Source: Squalus acanthias (taxonomy: Eukaryota). Taken from it: a stretch of DNA of 64,000 nucleotides. The stretch is from contig CM059433.1 in assembly GCA_030390025.1 (NCBI GenBank), positions 17,672,001 to 17,736,000 on the forward strand, in the 5' to 3' direction. Position 1 is the stretch's first letter; every line of letters begins with the position of its first letter. Below, one piece after another: positions 1-13,375 of this stretch. A model generated the notes under the pieces. The model was not told where the DNA came from, ran no database searches, and saw only the letters and a program-made list of their open reading frames with translations. Made by a program: the position numbers and the translations under genes.

Positions 1-530
1 TGTTTCAATGAGATCACCTCTCATTCTTTTAAACTCTAGAGAATATAGGCCTAGTCTACTCAATCTCTCCTCATAGGACAATCCCCCCATCCCAGGAATC
101 AGTTTGGTGAACCTTTGTTGCACTCCCTCTGTGGCAAGTATATCCTTCTTTAGACCAAAACTGTACACAATACTCCAGGTGTGGTCTCACCAGGGCCCTA
201 TATAATTGCAGTAAGACGTCTTTACTCTTATACTCAATCCTCTTGTAATAAAAGCCAACATACCATTTGCTTTCCTAATTGCTTGCTGTACCTGCATGTT
301 AACTTTCAGTGATTCGTGTACAAGGACACCCAGGTCCCTCTGAACACCAACATTTCCCAATCTCTCACCATTTAAAAAATACTCTGCTTTTCTATTTTTC
401 CTAACAAAGTGGATAACTTCACATTTCTCCACATTATATTTCATTTGCCATGTTCTTGCCCACTCACTTAGCCTGTCTATATCCCCTTGAAGCCTTCTTG
501 CATCCTCCTCACAACTTACATTCCCACCCA
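1..530 (-). mobile_element. CR1 LINE fragment (ORF2 RT C-terminal region), 5'-truncated, continues beyond window start
   Basis: ORF 187..444(-) MKYNVEKCEVIHF...[32 protein letters not shown] is the CR1 ORF2 post-RT motif, and is nearly the same as the copy at 37150-38034. Confidence 0.93.
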
Positions 531-1137
531 GCTAACGGGGCGCAAATCAACAAGCACCTGGGCGCGACGCCCCTAACGCCTCCCGCAAAATTCAGCAGGA
601 GGTTAACGGCGGCGCTACCCATTAGCGCCACACGGCACTGCGCCGCCGGTGATGACATCATCGCCGTGCGCAGCGCCCCGGCTGTAATATTGGGTGGCGC
701 TCCCCGACTTACCGCCGGACGCAATATCCGCCAGGGTCAGGGGGGCCTACCTGCGGCCGGGGTGGCGCTAGTTAAAGGGGAGGTAGCGGTCAGCCATTTT
801 TGTTGCTGGCCACCTGCCAGCACCTGCCCCCGTTGCTGTCCCCGGCCCCTGTGAAGCCCCCCCGCGGGGTGCCGGCTACTCTCCATGAGCCCGGCACTCC
901 TCTTGAGTGCCGGGCTCGTTTGCCGGCACTCCCAATCCCTGGTGGCCCAGCTGGGCGCCAGGACGCGCTGCGCCAGGCCCCTCCCCTTTAATAAGGGGAG
1001 GAAGGCCTGCAGTACCGCGGCGCTGCTCCCTCTTGCGGCGCTACTTTGGAAAATCAGCTGCGGGGGCGCTAACTTAAATTAACTAAAAGTACTGCCCTGG
1101 CGAAGGTAGCGCCTTGGCGCTACCCAATTTTTACCCC
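531..1137. mobile_element. GC-rich Harbinger-type MITE, left end removed by CR1 insertion
   Basis: Ends in CCAATTTTTACCCC (RC GGGGTAAAAATTGG). It is the reverse-complement homologue of 7516-8136, and its left part matches the start of 26471-27364. Confidence 0.75.
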
Positions 1138-1847
1138 TATATGACTTACAAATACATTAACCAACAGTTTCTGAGCTCTGAAACTGAACATCAGCAACAT
1201 GGTATCCTTTATACCACTTCTGCAGCTGTCAGCTTATCAGATAAATCAAAGCAGACTCAACTCACGCCAGGGTGAGCTGGTATGTTCCCCGAGCAGCAGG
1301 CAACCCGTGGGGGAGAACGTAAAATTACAAGGTAGCCTCAAAATAGCATTATATTGGCTGTTAACAAGCCACTTAATGATATAAATTGTCTCCCCTGCCA
1401 CTTGGTGTTGGGCCTGTTCTGCGCAGACAGACCGGACACGTGGGAGACTCACATGGAGGCGGGTTGACAGTGGGTTTCCTACCCGCTGTCAATCTTTGCA
1501 ATTTTGATAGCTGACCCGCCTCCAAACCCGCCCTCCGAGCGCCGGCAAAATGCAGCCCAAAGTATTTGTTTAATTTCTCTGCCTTTTCCTTATTCCCGAT
1601 TATAATTTCTCCTGTCTCAGCCTGTAAGGGACTACATTTACTCTCACAAATGCCTGGTTTAATAATGAAAAATGGATGCATCTGTGACATGTGCACAGAT
1701 TTATCTATTTACCTACCTGCAGTGAGTCAAGAAAATCAATCATTAAACACTTACTGCCTTTGAGCACCTTCCTTACAAACCTCTTCCTAAATCTCTTCAG
1801 TGCACCTTTGCCCATTCCCAGACCCTCACGCCAACCATCCCTGCAGT

Positions 1848-3694
1848 ATAGAATCGTAGAATGGTTACAGCACAGAAGGAGGCCCGTTGAGCCCGTTGAG
1901 CCCGTGCCGGCTCTCTGCAAGAGCATTTCAGCTAGTCCCACTCCCCCGCCCTTTCCCCGTTGCCCTGCAAATTTATTTCCTTCAGGTACTTATCCAATTC
2001 CCTTTTGAAAGCCACGATTGAATCTGTCTCCACCACCCTTTCAGGCAGTGCGTTCCAGATCATACCACTCGCTACGTAAAAAAGTTTTTCCTCATGTCGC
2101 CTTTGGTTCTTCTGCCAATCACCTTAAATCTGTATCCTCTGGTTCTCGATCCTTCCGCCAATGGGAACAGTTTCCCTCTATCTACTCTGTCTAGATCGCT
2201 CATGATATTGAACACCTCTATCAAATTTCCTCTCAACCTTGTCTGCTCTAAGAAGAACAACCCCAGCTTCTCCAGTCTATCCACGTACCTGAAGTCCCTC
2301 ATCCCTGGAACCATTCTGCACTCTCTCTAAGGCCTTCACATCCATCCTAAAGTGCGTTGCCCAGAATTGGACACCATACTCCAGTTGAGGCCGAACCACT
2401 GTTTTATAAAGGTTCATTATAACTTCCTTGCTTTTGTACTCTATACCTCTATTCATGAAGCCCAGGATCCCGTATACTTTTTTAACTGCTTTCTCAACCT
2501 GCCCTGCCAACTTCAATGATTTGTACACATAGACCCCCAGGTCTCTCTGTTTCTGCACCCCCTTTAGAATTGTACCCCTTAGTTTATATTGCCTCTCCTC
2601 GTTCTTCCTACCAAAATGTATCACTTCGCACTTTTCTGTGTTAAATTTCATCTGCCATGTGTCCGCCCATTGCACCAACTTTCTATGTCCTCTTGAAGTC
2701 TATCACTATCCTCCTCACTGTTCACTCTACTTCCAAGTTTTGTGTCATCTGCAAATTTTGAAATTGTGCCCTGTACACCCAATTCTAAGTCATTAATATA
2801 TATCAAGAAAAGCAGTGGTCCTAGTACCGACCCTTGGGGAACACCACTGTATAACTTCCTCCAGTCCGAAAAACAACTGCTCACCACTACTCTCTGTTTC
2901 CTGTCACTTAGCCAGTTTCGTATCCATGCTGCCACTGTCCCTTTTATTCCATGGGCTTCAACTTTGCTGGCAAGCCTATTATGTGGCACTTTATCAAACA
3001 CCTATTGGAAGTCCATGTACACCACATCAACCACATTCTCATCAACCTTCTCTGTTACCTCATCAAAAAACTCAATCAAGTTAGTTAAACATGATTTGCC
3101 TTTAACAAATTGATGCTGGCTTTCCTTAATTAATCCACACTTGTCCAAGTGACTGTTAATTTTGTCCTGGATTATCGTTTCGAAAAGCTTCCCTATCACC
3201 GTTGTTAAATTGACTGGCCTGTCGTTGCTGAGTTTATCCTTAAACCCTTTTTTGAACAAGGGTGTAACATTTGCAATTCTCCAGTCCTCTGGCACCACCC
3301 CCGTATCCAAGGAGGATTAGAAGATTATGGCCAGTACCTCTGCAATTTCCACCTTTACTTTCCTCAGCATCCTAGGATGCTTTCCATCCGGTCCTGGTGA
3401 CTTTATCTACTTTAAGTACAGCCAGCCTTTCTAGTACCTCCTCTTTATCAATTTTTAGCCCATCCAGTATCTCAACTGCCTCCTCTTTCACTATGACTTT
3501 GGCAGCATCTTCTTCCTTGGTAAAGACAGATGCAATGTACTCATTTAGTACCTCAGCCATGCCCTCTGCCTCCATGCGTAAGTCTCCTTTTTGGACCCTA
3601 ATTGGCCCCACCCTTCCTCTTACTACTCATTTACTATTTATATGCATTTGAAGACTTTTGGATTCCCTTTTATGTTCACTGCCAGTCTATTCTC
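1848..3694 (-). mobile_element. CR1 LINE, 5'-truncated, disrupted ORF2 (RT) plus 3'UTR
   Basis: ORFs 3372..3611, 3002..3310, 2648..3001 ([20 protein letters not shown]...KFADDTKL), 2277..2678 and 2072..2314 are consecutive broken pieces of CR1 ORF2. (ATTCTAT)-type tail near 1848. Confidence 0.95.
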
Positions 3695-5853
3695 AGAGAG
3701 CAGAACTTCGAAATCACCATTTGCAATGCATCGGGACGTCTTCTAGTTAGTGCAGTTTTCTCCAGTGAACTTAAACCCACTAGGGATTATGTTCAGATTG
3801 CTCGAACTCATTTCACATAGGACCCTTACAACCATCAGTGATAAGAGACTTCCTTACCATTGGGTCTGTTTTAAATTTGGAGCCAACAACTGGAGATAAA
3901 AGGGTTAGGTCTTAGTCTGACTACCCCAAAATATTTCCTCACATGCATAAAAAATAAAAGCGCGTGCTGCTGAAATATTTCTTCTAACTTCAGACTCATG
4001 AACTTGTTTTTTGATCTAATATGCGGCTGTGTAACATTTTGTGCTAAGATTTCATTTAATGCTGCCACTTCCAAAGAAACTGCACCTTCTCAGTGAAGAT
4101 GCTGGTCCGGTTTGAAAACAAAGTTGATGTTCAGAAGAGTTTTATTTTTCTGTTTTACCTTCTGAGCTGTGGGAAATGTTACAAATTCGAATGAATCACA
4201 AAACAGCTGAGGATTTCGATCTAAAATATATAAATATCAAAATGAATATGGCAAAAGGGCAAATATGTGAAAGTCTCTAAATCAGGTGGCAGCTAATTTA
4301 ATAAAGCCCTTTCGGGGAATTACATACATTATTCTGTAGTCCTTCAGGGTAATGTGCATTCTACAATGAAATGTAAAGAGACCGAACAAGCTGCATCACT
4401 GAGGAGCTGCTGACCACAGTGCTGCAGTGTGTGATTATGATTCTGGAAGTGTGCTATGTGTGGGTGGTTACTCGGAACATCTTTCTGCAGACAAACTGAA
4501 ATGCCGTTGAGGTGTAAAGAAAATCCGTGCTAGAATTAGAACACATCACTAACTTCTGTAAAAGAGTTAAGGCACTTCAGCATCGCATAAAAGATCTGAA
4601 TTTCCTCCCCAATCACACGGACTTTAATTGAAATTCGGAGCTGCAGTAACAGGATTTTAATGTTAATTATTTAGTTGGTGAAATATAAAAATAGCAAACC
4701 AAAAAATACGGTTATGGCCCTGCGATAGAATATTGAAGTAATTGAATTTAAATATTAGTTAACTCTGCACATTAAATTTGGCGCGATATGATTTTTATAA
4801 AGAGAATAAGAAGATGAGTTTCTCACTGAACAGAGTATTTATTTCCATTCTCACTGGTGTTCATGCAGATAAAAGCACGTTGCTCTCTCAGTCATTATAA
4901 TACTTGGCAGTGGATCGCTCAACAAGCTTTAAAACAAGTGCAGAAAAAATGGCAATTGTTCAGATTCTTCTGTTTGAATAAGTTGGTTCAGATGTGTATT
5001 GTTGGCATGTTAATTCGCAATGAAGTGGAAGGTGCACTTGAAGATCAGGGTGGTGTTTCATCCCCACTGGGACCACACAGGCCAACTATCGCCATTTTAA
5101 CCCATCTGTCCGCCTGTTCACGTCTCGCAGCAACACCATCTTTTTACATTGGCATTCAGGGTTGGGAAACTGGACTGGATCTGCTCAAAACCAATCAGGT
5201 TGGCTGAAGGGTGGGACTGAAAGCTGTCAGATTGTGAGACCCTGTCAGAACCAATCAATCAGATGTCACTTTCTCCCAGTGCTGTTTGCACATGACCTTG
5301 AGGCAGGAAAGTCTTAAAATGAGCAAATGGCTTCTGAAAGTCACAGTTGCAGGCGTGTTTATTTAGTGTCTGCCCCTAAAGAAATGATATATAACAAATA
5401 AGCTGCTAGATGCAGCTTTTAAATCTATCGTTTTCCTCAAAGGAACTTATTGAGATCAGGAGATTTTATTTTGTGCGAAGATGTTCCTCGATGTGAAGAC
5501 ATTACTGGTTTTATCTGAGCGATCCTGTCACTGTACTTGCCAAATTGTGAGGAATTAAAAACAGAACAAAATGGTAACAAGTTTTACTTAGATCAAAAAA
5601 AGTTGCGCTGAGAGTCCCACACGAAGGGTTCTATTGCAATGTAGTATGTGTGTGATACGGACTGTTGTACTGTCTGCTTGTGAATGCAGTGCTCAGTTGT
5701 GCTCTGTTGCTTTGAAAGCTGTTTTCAGTTTGCAGTTTAGGCTCCTCTCCTACCGTGCAGTAACCAGGGAGCAAGCCCGCATTAGCCAGCTTGCACTAGC
5801 CATATTAGAGGAGACAGCATTTGTGGAGAAATGTTGAGAAATGACATGAATAA

Positions 5854-6262
5854 TTAATAAAAGTAGAATAGATAGCAAACCCTGGATTGAAGTCAGGCCC
5901 ACCTGAGAACCCAAAATTCAGCTCTCCGTGCCTGTTCCTGTGAACCATGTTTCCAAGCTTTTCAGTTTATTTTTAGTGTGCAATAGTTAAAATTTCTAGC
6001 CTCCCGTTTTAAGGTTTTAAAAGCAAAGAGGGGGTAAAATTCAACTTTGGCAGACGTGCAAGGCAGGCAGTAGCGAATTGCCACCCGTTGTACACTCTGC
6101 CGATTTACCTCGTTTTAGTATTGCACACTAAAAATAAACTGAAAAGCTTGGCAACGTGGTTCACAGGAACAGGCACGGAGAGCTGAATTTTGGAGTCTCA
6201 GGTAGGCCTGACTGACTGGCTGCCTTCAATCCAGGGTTTGCTATCTATTCTACTTTTGTTAA
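5854..6262. repeat. Inverted duplication, ~140-bp arms (5854-5992 / 6113-6262), spacer holds a truncated MITE end
   Basis: AAGTAGAATAGATAGCAAACCCTGGATTGAAG...TTTTAGTGTGCAATA is mirrored by TATTGCACACTAAAA...CAGGGTTTGCTATCTATTCTACTT. Confidence 0.9.
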
Positions 6263-6574
6263 GTATGGTGCGGGTCTCAGAAAAAAAAAATTTAAATCAC
6301 GAAGAAAACTGCTAGGAAACTTCAGAAATTTCAGTGACGCTGACATCAGGTGACTTTAGGCTGTGACACGCCTACATTTTTGGCAGTAAATCTATGCCAG
6401 CGCATTATTCGTGTAAATCTAGGAAACTCGCGTGAAGTGGCCTTTTGAATGGGGGGAGCAGAGGTAAATAAATGAGGGACAGAGGGTTTTAGCGGACATT
6501 TCTTGTAAGCGATGCAAATGATCAAGGAAAGTCGTGCGTCGTGATGTTAGAGTGTAAAACTGGTCTAAATCAGT

Positions 6575-6790
6575 TACAACAACACTACTTCCATTTATAT
6601 AGCGTCTTTAACATAGTAGAAACATCCAAAGGGACTTCACTGGAGCGTTATCGAACAAAATTTGACACCGAGCCATATAAAGAGACAATAGGGCAGGTGA
6701 CCAAAAGCTTGGTCGAAGAGGTAGGTTTTAAGGAGCGACTTAAAGGAAGAGAGAGGCGGAGAGGTTTAGGAAGAGAATCCCTGAGCTTAG
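6575..6790 (-). mobile_element. L2-type LINE 3' end fragment
   Basis: RC ends ...GACGCTATATAAATGGAAGTAGTGTTGTTG, the same tail as at 13750-13815, 54350-54405, 55450-55520 and on the DeuSINEs. Confidence 0.6.
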
Positions 6791-7067
6791 TTATACCTGC
6801 ATTTCCTCAGGAAATAAAAACCCAGAATAACATCGTAGTTGCGCCGAAACATTCCTGGAAATTCCGGGTCTGTAGCGTAATGCACCATAGGACTACACGG
6901 TAACAAAATGTTGCAAAATTGAGCACGGTGCTTTCTGTGATTTAAACTGAGGGTGCCAGGGATTCCCAGGATTGCAGTGGGACCTTCCTGAATCTAAGGC
7001 CACCTGATTTTGTGTCATTAGGAGAAATGAGCCAGATACAAATTATGAACTGAATCGTCACAAGAAA

Positions 7068-7246
7068 TACAAAAGCAAAATACTGCGGGATGCTGGAAAT
7101 CTGAAATAAAAACAGAAACTGCTGGAAATACTCAGCAGGTCAGGCAGCATCCGTGGAGAGAGAAACAGAGTTGACGTTTCGGTTCTGACGGAAGGTCTCT
7201 CCACAGATTCTGCCTGGCCTGCTGAATATTTCCAGCATTTTCTGTC
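7068..7246. mobile_element. Penelope-like family 1 terminus, collapsed inverted form with degenerate hammerhead
   Basis: AGCAAAATACTGCGGGATGCTGGAAATCTGAAATAAAAACAG... matches the RC of 46140-46243. The inverted arm ...CTGCTGAATATTTCCAGCATTTTCTGT follows. Confidence 0.8.
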
Positions 7247-7515
7247 ACAAGAAAGTGGTTAATGATGCCTGCTCTGTGCTTGTTTCTGGAGAGATTATGT
7301 GCATGAATCTGTGTGACTGGTACCAGTATGCACGCTGTCGCTGTATAAAGATTAGGTGTGATTTTTGCAGTATTGTTCTTTTCACGAAAATGGGTCTGTG
7401 TCCAAATGATTAAAAACCAGTACATCATAGTCTCTTTATTGCTTCATATATTGTGCACTCGTGCATTTGTGTACCACTCATAGAAACGTTTGTCCTGACC
7501 TCCTATAGAAATAAA

Positions 7516-8136
7516 GGGGGAAAAATTGAGTCGCACCCCCTTTGGGGCGCTAACTTTGCCGGGGCACTACTTTTAGCGCCCCGAAAAATCAGCGCCCCCG
7601 CGGCCGAAATTCATCGGTAGCGCCCCAAGAGGGAAGCGGGGCCCTACTGGAAGTGTCCGCCTCCCTCTTGGGGCGCTGGGAGGGAATATCGTGGTGCTAT
7701 GTGCCGCGGTACTGCAGGCCTTCCTCCCCTTCTTAAAGGGGAGGGGCCTGGCGTAGCGCGATCCGGGGCCCAGCTGGGTCACCAGGGATCGGAGTGCAGC
7801 CGGCACTCCGCGGGGGGGGGGGGGGCGGGTCAGGAGGCCAGGACGGCAACGGGGGCAGGTGCTGGCAGGCGGCCAGCAACAAAAATGGCCGCCAGGCACC
7901 TCGCCTTTAATTAGCGCCGCCCCGGCCGCAAGTTTGCCCCCCTAACCCCGTCGGACATAACGTCCGGCGGTAAGTCAGGGGGCGCTACCGAAGATCGTGG
8001 CCGGGGCGCTGCGCACGGCAATAACGTTATCACCGGTGGCGCAGCACCACGGGGCGCTAACGGTTACCGCCGCTGCTAACCTCCCGCTGAATTTTGGGCG
8101 CTAACGGGAGGCGCAAAGCAACCGAAATTTTAGGCC
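7516..8136. mobile_element. Harbinger-type MITE
   Basis: Termini GGGGGAAAAATTG / AAATTTTAGGCC, 3-bp TSD AAA on both sides, many TAGCGCC/GGCGCTA subterminal motifs. Confidence 0.8.
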
Positions 8137-9063
8137 AAAGGGTATTATGGGGATTTTCACAATGAAATGCTTATTAGTCAAATAATCTTGCCATTTCAGA
8201 AATTCCTTTTCTCTCTCAGTAAAGTGGTCCAGGGGTTCTAAAATGGCTTCATGTCTCCTGCCAATATCAATGAAATAAATGTATACCATAGACTGCAATG
8301 CTCAGCACTGAGGAAACACCCTTGAGTCCCATTTTCTTACAGGCTTATTTCAGTCCTTAATAAGGGCATAATGCAATATGCCCACCTCACGCTTATAAAG
8401 GACTGAAAGCTGAACATCTCAAGTCCAACAGCTAGCTCCCTTCTACCTATGAGTCACAGAAGATTGTGTGCTAACTGTTACGTTTGACCTTTAAAATATA
8501 TTCCTAGTGCCCATCCGACCACCAATAAACAGGAGGTATAAACTGACCAGCGAAAATGATCCTGCGAAGGCAGAATTGTTGGTGCTTTTTTTTAGCTCCT
8601 TTGAATAATATTTAGGGGTATATTTCCTCCTTCATAGCTGTTATGTCCAAATAACCACTCAGATTGGTGTGGTAATAATCAACTGCTTTTATTTCCAGTC
8701 CCACGAGAATATTCCATCAAAGAATAACAAAAGTAATACGAGAAACCTTGAAGTGTAATTGCTGCAATGTCCTTACTCCCATCAGGGGGTCGTCTAGTGT
8801 TTAGTTAACAACATACAATTTGATAGCCACACGAACTATTTTGCTAACATTAGCGAACAGAAAAAAATGTACCCCTTTGTGTTCTGTGATGTACCAGCGT
8901 CAATATATGGTGTAACATTTTAACGAAGGGTAAATAATCCTCACAAGTTACCATTTCCTGGTCTAAGTTGCGATTTTGGAATTTATTTTCGTTTATATCC
9001 AGAAAGCATATTGTATTGAGGCTGCGTGCCTCATAGTTAACCAGTCTTACAGGTTTAACCCTG

Positions 9064-9560
9064 GCCGGCCGAGTTTCCCAGGTCTTGGGAAACCCAGCAG
9101 CTAAAGGTAGACGAGCTCTGCTTTGTGGAGAAGGTAAGTGCCCTTACAGCACTGCTTGTGGGCCAGGAGGAGCAGGAGTACTTCGCCCACCAAGTTTACC
9201 TTCTTCCCTGCCCGCCATTGGACCCTTCCCCCTGCCATCAAACCCCCTATCCAACGACCCCTCCCCCCCACCCACCCCCCCCCCACCCCCGGCGATCGTA
9301 CCCCCCCAGGATCGGGGATAGGATCCCAAGCCCGGGATCGGACCCTCTCGGGGATCAGAACCCCCACCCCCCTATGCTGCCACTAACGCAGCTGCAGGCT
9401 CCCTACCTGCTCCTGGGGCGGCAGCCTCCACCAGAGGGTTCCCCGCCCGACAGGAAGCCAACCCTGTCAATCAGGCTGGCTTCCAGGCGGAGAGCCTGCT
9501 AGAAAAAAAGAGACACAACCCCCCTACTGCTCACGGAACCCGCCCTGAGCAAGTGGTATA
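9064..9560. mobile_element. Probable Harbinger-type MITE fragment with C-rich core
   Basis: Shares segments (CAGGAGGAGCAGGAGTACT, CTGTCAATCAGGCTGGC) with the MITEs at 15752-17191, 18264-18894 and 46810-47575. Ends not resolved. Confidence 0.5.
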
Positions 9561-9720
9561 TCTACGGAACAGGCTTCCTAGTTATAGTATTTATTCATTC
9601 AAATCCAAATTGGTTAGATTTCAGAAAATAACAGTTTGGGATACAGTATGTGCGTAATTTGAGACATGACATGTGGTAAGTGTAGAATGCTTGGGAGGAG
9701 CTGGTAGCTTTGGATATATG

Positions 9721-10361
9721 GGCCGCATAGCGCCCATTTTTCAGGCACTGTGCAACCTACTAAGGCCCTAAAAAGGCGGCCAGGAATGGCACGTACACTT
9801 CTGGTCGGAAGTGCGGCAATCGCCATATTGAGTAAGGACATATTGAGGCGACCTTTACCCACAACTGAAGCAGGCATTCGGAGCTCTGCGTATGTTTAAT
9901 TTTCAGGAGTGGTCCTCCTGACTCCACCTTAAAGGACCCGATTGCCGCTCCCGACCTCAGATCACCTTCCACTCTCCCCCCCCCCCCTCCCCACACCCCC
10001 ACCTCGGCCCTGACCCCCGATTGCAGATGCAAGATCCTGACCCCCGATTTCTGATCGTGTTCATCCTCCAGGCCTCGATCCCTGGCCACGGACTCCAGAT
10101 CACCTGACCCCAAATCTCAATCCCTGAACCGACCCACGACCTCAACCCAACCCCCGATCCACTTATCTGAGAGCTGCTGCTTTTCTTCGCACTTCCTCTG
10201 GTCTTCGCTGTGTTGCGCCATGCCGGCTCTATGACAATGACGTCCGAAGCCCAAAATGTCGTGAGCCGAGGACCACACCATTCTGATGCAGGGTACTTAG
10301 CCTGCTCCCCCCCCACCCCTCCCCGAGCACCAAACAATGGTCGCTCCTGAATTTCCAGGCC
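9721..10361. mobile_element. Harbinger-type MITE
   Basis: Right end GAATTTCCAGGCC. Left end GGCC with an apparently deleted TIR. Flanked by ATG on both sides. Confidence 0.6.
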
Positions 10362-11404
10362 ATGGTTCCCAAAGCTTTCCACCACTGGGGGTTCCCTCAT
10401 CTCATGGCTGGGTCTGTTACAGACTAATTGACACAGATTGATTGCTATGATTAATCAACAACTCCATCAGCATTGTATCAAGCGACTGCCAGATGGTAGA
10501 AGGGAAACTAGATGGTCCGTGATCTCTTTTCGTCGAGCAATTCCTGTGCTTTTATGTTAAGATGATGGCGAACGGGATGACGTCGGGAATGCGACACGGC
10601 CCCCCTCCCCTCCCATCTTCAACGCCCCCTGCTGTCACCAGACTGACCCTTAAGTTTCAGTGGAATGTTCCACACATTTAGACAAAGCAAAAGCAGCTTA
10701 TGAAGACAGAAAAAAAAACGTTTCTACCGGTACATCCCAAGCTAATGTCGTGCTGCTGATCTGTCTGATACACGCTGGAAATAATCTCAAACCAGTGCAC
10801 AACCATGTGACACTCAGCAGGCCCCTCTATTTGCATGGCTAAGTAAGGCAATTCCAAATAGATAATTACTTTGATTTTGGAAACGATGCATAATACATTG
10901 TTACAGAGCAACATATTGGCGAGTCTGATATCGAAGCACACCATCTGGCCTTGAACGGCATCTGAAGCCTTGATCAATCAGACTTTCTTAATACTTTATT
11001 ACAGCTTTTGAACCAAGTCAGGAGTAATGGATCTCATTAACTATTCAGACAGATCAGATACCAGAACCACAGGTCTCTACTTGACTCCTTATCTGCTCCG
11101 ATGTTGCTTATAAAACTTTCCACTTTCCACAGGCGGAAATGGGGTGGGGAATGAGAAGATAACTTTTAAAATATTCCATTTCTGAAATCAAAGCAGGTAT
11201 CCGTTTTTCTAAACCATTATGAGTGGAGGGAGAGACAATATTCTCCATGTCTGATTAGAAATACATGGAATAGGAGGAATACCAGATGGCGATATAAAAA
11301 AATTCATTGTTTTTTTTGCATTCTGTATGTATTTTGTGGACTCCTCTGTGCAAATCTTCTCATCCTGTGAGTATATACCTATGGTGGTATTCTCCCTGTT
11401 CCAC

Positions 11405-13375
11405 TTTTTTTTTATTTGTTCATGGGTTGTGGGTGTTGCTGGCAAGGCAAACATTTATTGCACATCCCTAATTGCCCTTGAGAAGGTGGTGGTGAGCCGC
11501 CTTCTTCAACCGCTGCAGTCCGTGTGGTGAAGGTACTCCCACAGCGCTGTTAGGTAGGGAGTTCCAGGAATTTGACCCAGCGACGATGAAGGAACGGCGA
11601 TATATTTCTAAGTCAGGATGGTGTGTGACTTGGAGGGGAAGTTGGAGGTGATGGTGTTCCCATGCACCTGCTGCCCTTGTCCTTCTTGGTGGTAGAGGTC
11701 ACGGGTTTTGGAGGTGCTGCCGAAGAAGCCTTGGCGAGTTGCTGCAGTGCATCTTGTAGATGGTACACACTGCAGCCACAGTGCGCCGGTGGTGGAGAGA
11801 ATGGATGTTTAAGGTGGTGGTTGGGGTGCCAATCGAGTGGGCTACTTGTCCTGGATGGTGTCGAGCTTCTTGAGTGTTGTTGGAGCTGAACTCATCCAGG
11901 CAAGTGGAGAGTATTCCATCACACTCCTGACTTGGGCCTTGTAGCTGGTAGAAAGGCTTTGGGGAGTCAGGAGGTGAGACACTCGCCACAGTATACCCAG
12001 AATACCTGCTCTTGTTGCCACAGTATTTATGTGGCTGGTCCAGTTAAGTTTCTGGTCGATGGTGACCCCCAGGATGCTGATGGTGGGGGATTCGGCGATG
12101 GTAATGTCATTGAATGTCAAGGGGCGGTGATTAGACTCTCGCTTGTTGGAGATAGTCATTGCCTGACATTACTGTGGCGCGAATGTTACTTGCCACTTAT
12201 CAGCCCAAGCCTGAATGTTGTCCAGGTCTTGCTGCATGCGGGCATGGACTGCTTCATTATCTGAGGAGTTGCGAATGGAACTGGACACTGTGCAATCATC
12301 AGCAAACATCTTCACTTCTGACCTTATGTTGGAGGGGAGGTCATTGATGAAGCAGCTGAAGATAGTTAGGCCTCGGACACTGCCCTGAGGAACTCCTGCA
12401 GCAATGTCCTGGGGCTGAGATGATTGACCTCCAACAACCACAACCATCTTCCTTTGTGTTAGGTATGACTCCAGCCAGTGGAGAGTTTTCCCCCCCGATT
12501 CTCATTGACTTCAGTTTTACTAGGGCTCCTTGATGCCACACTCGGTCAAATGCTGCCTTGATGTCAAGGGCAGTCACTCTCACCTCACCTCTGGAATTCA
12601 GCTCTTTTGTCCATGTTTGGACCAAGGCTGTAATGAGGTCTGGAGCCGAGTGGTCCTGGCGGAACCCAAACTGAGCATCGGTGAGCAGGTTATTGGTGAG
12701 TAAGTGCTGCTTGATAGCACCATCGACAACTCCTTCCATCACTTTGCTGATGATTGAGAGTAGACTGATGGTGCGGTAATTGGCCGGATTGGATTTGTCC
12801 TGCTTTCTGTGGACAGAACATACCTGGGCAGTTTTCCACATTGTCGGGTGGAGGCCAGTGTTGTAGCTGTACTGGAACAGCTTGGCTAGAGGTGCGGCTG
12901 CTTCTGGAGCACAAGTCTTCAGCACGATAGCCGGGATGTTGTCGGGGCCCATAGCCTTTGCTGTATCCAGTGCATTTTCAGCCGTTTCTTGATATCACGT
13001 GGAGTGAATCGAATTGGCTGAAGAGTGGCCTCTGTGATGGCGGGGACCTCAGGAGGAGGCTGATATGGATCATCCACTCGGCACTTCTGGCTGAAGATGG
13101 TTGTAAACGCTTCAGCCTTGTCTTTTGCACTCGCGTGCTGGGCTCTGCCATCATTGAGGAGGGGGATATTCATGAAGCCTCCTCCTCCCATTAGTTGTTT
13201 AATTGTCCACCACCATTCACGACTGGATGTGGCAGGACTGCAGAGCTTTGATCTGATCCGTTGATTGTGGGATCACTTAGCTTCTGCTGTTTAGCATGCA
13301 TGTAGTCCTGTGTTGCAGCTTCCCCAGGTTGGCACCTCATTTTTTAGGTACGCCTGGTGCTGCTCCTGGCATGCT
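11405..13375 (-). mobile_element. Jockey-group non-LTR retrotransposon (CR1/L2-related clade, distinct from the other CR1s), 5'-truncated, frameshifted RT
   Basis: ORFs 12341..12952 (GPDNIP...PANYRTISLLS...QFGFR...LDIKAAFDRVWH), 12169..12447 (GVPQGSV...INDL...MFADD) and 11842..12159 (MEYSPLAW). A-rich tail at ~11405-11415. Confidence 0.92.

Noticed and set aside
450..1082. GC-rich ORFs and apparent CpG-island promoter
   Set aside because: The sequence is a multi-copy MITE (homologue at 7516-8136).
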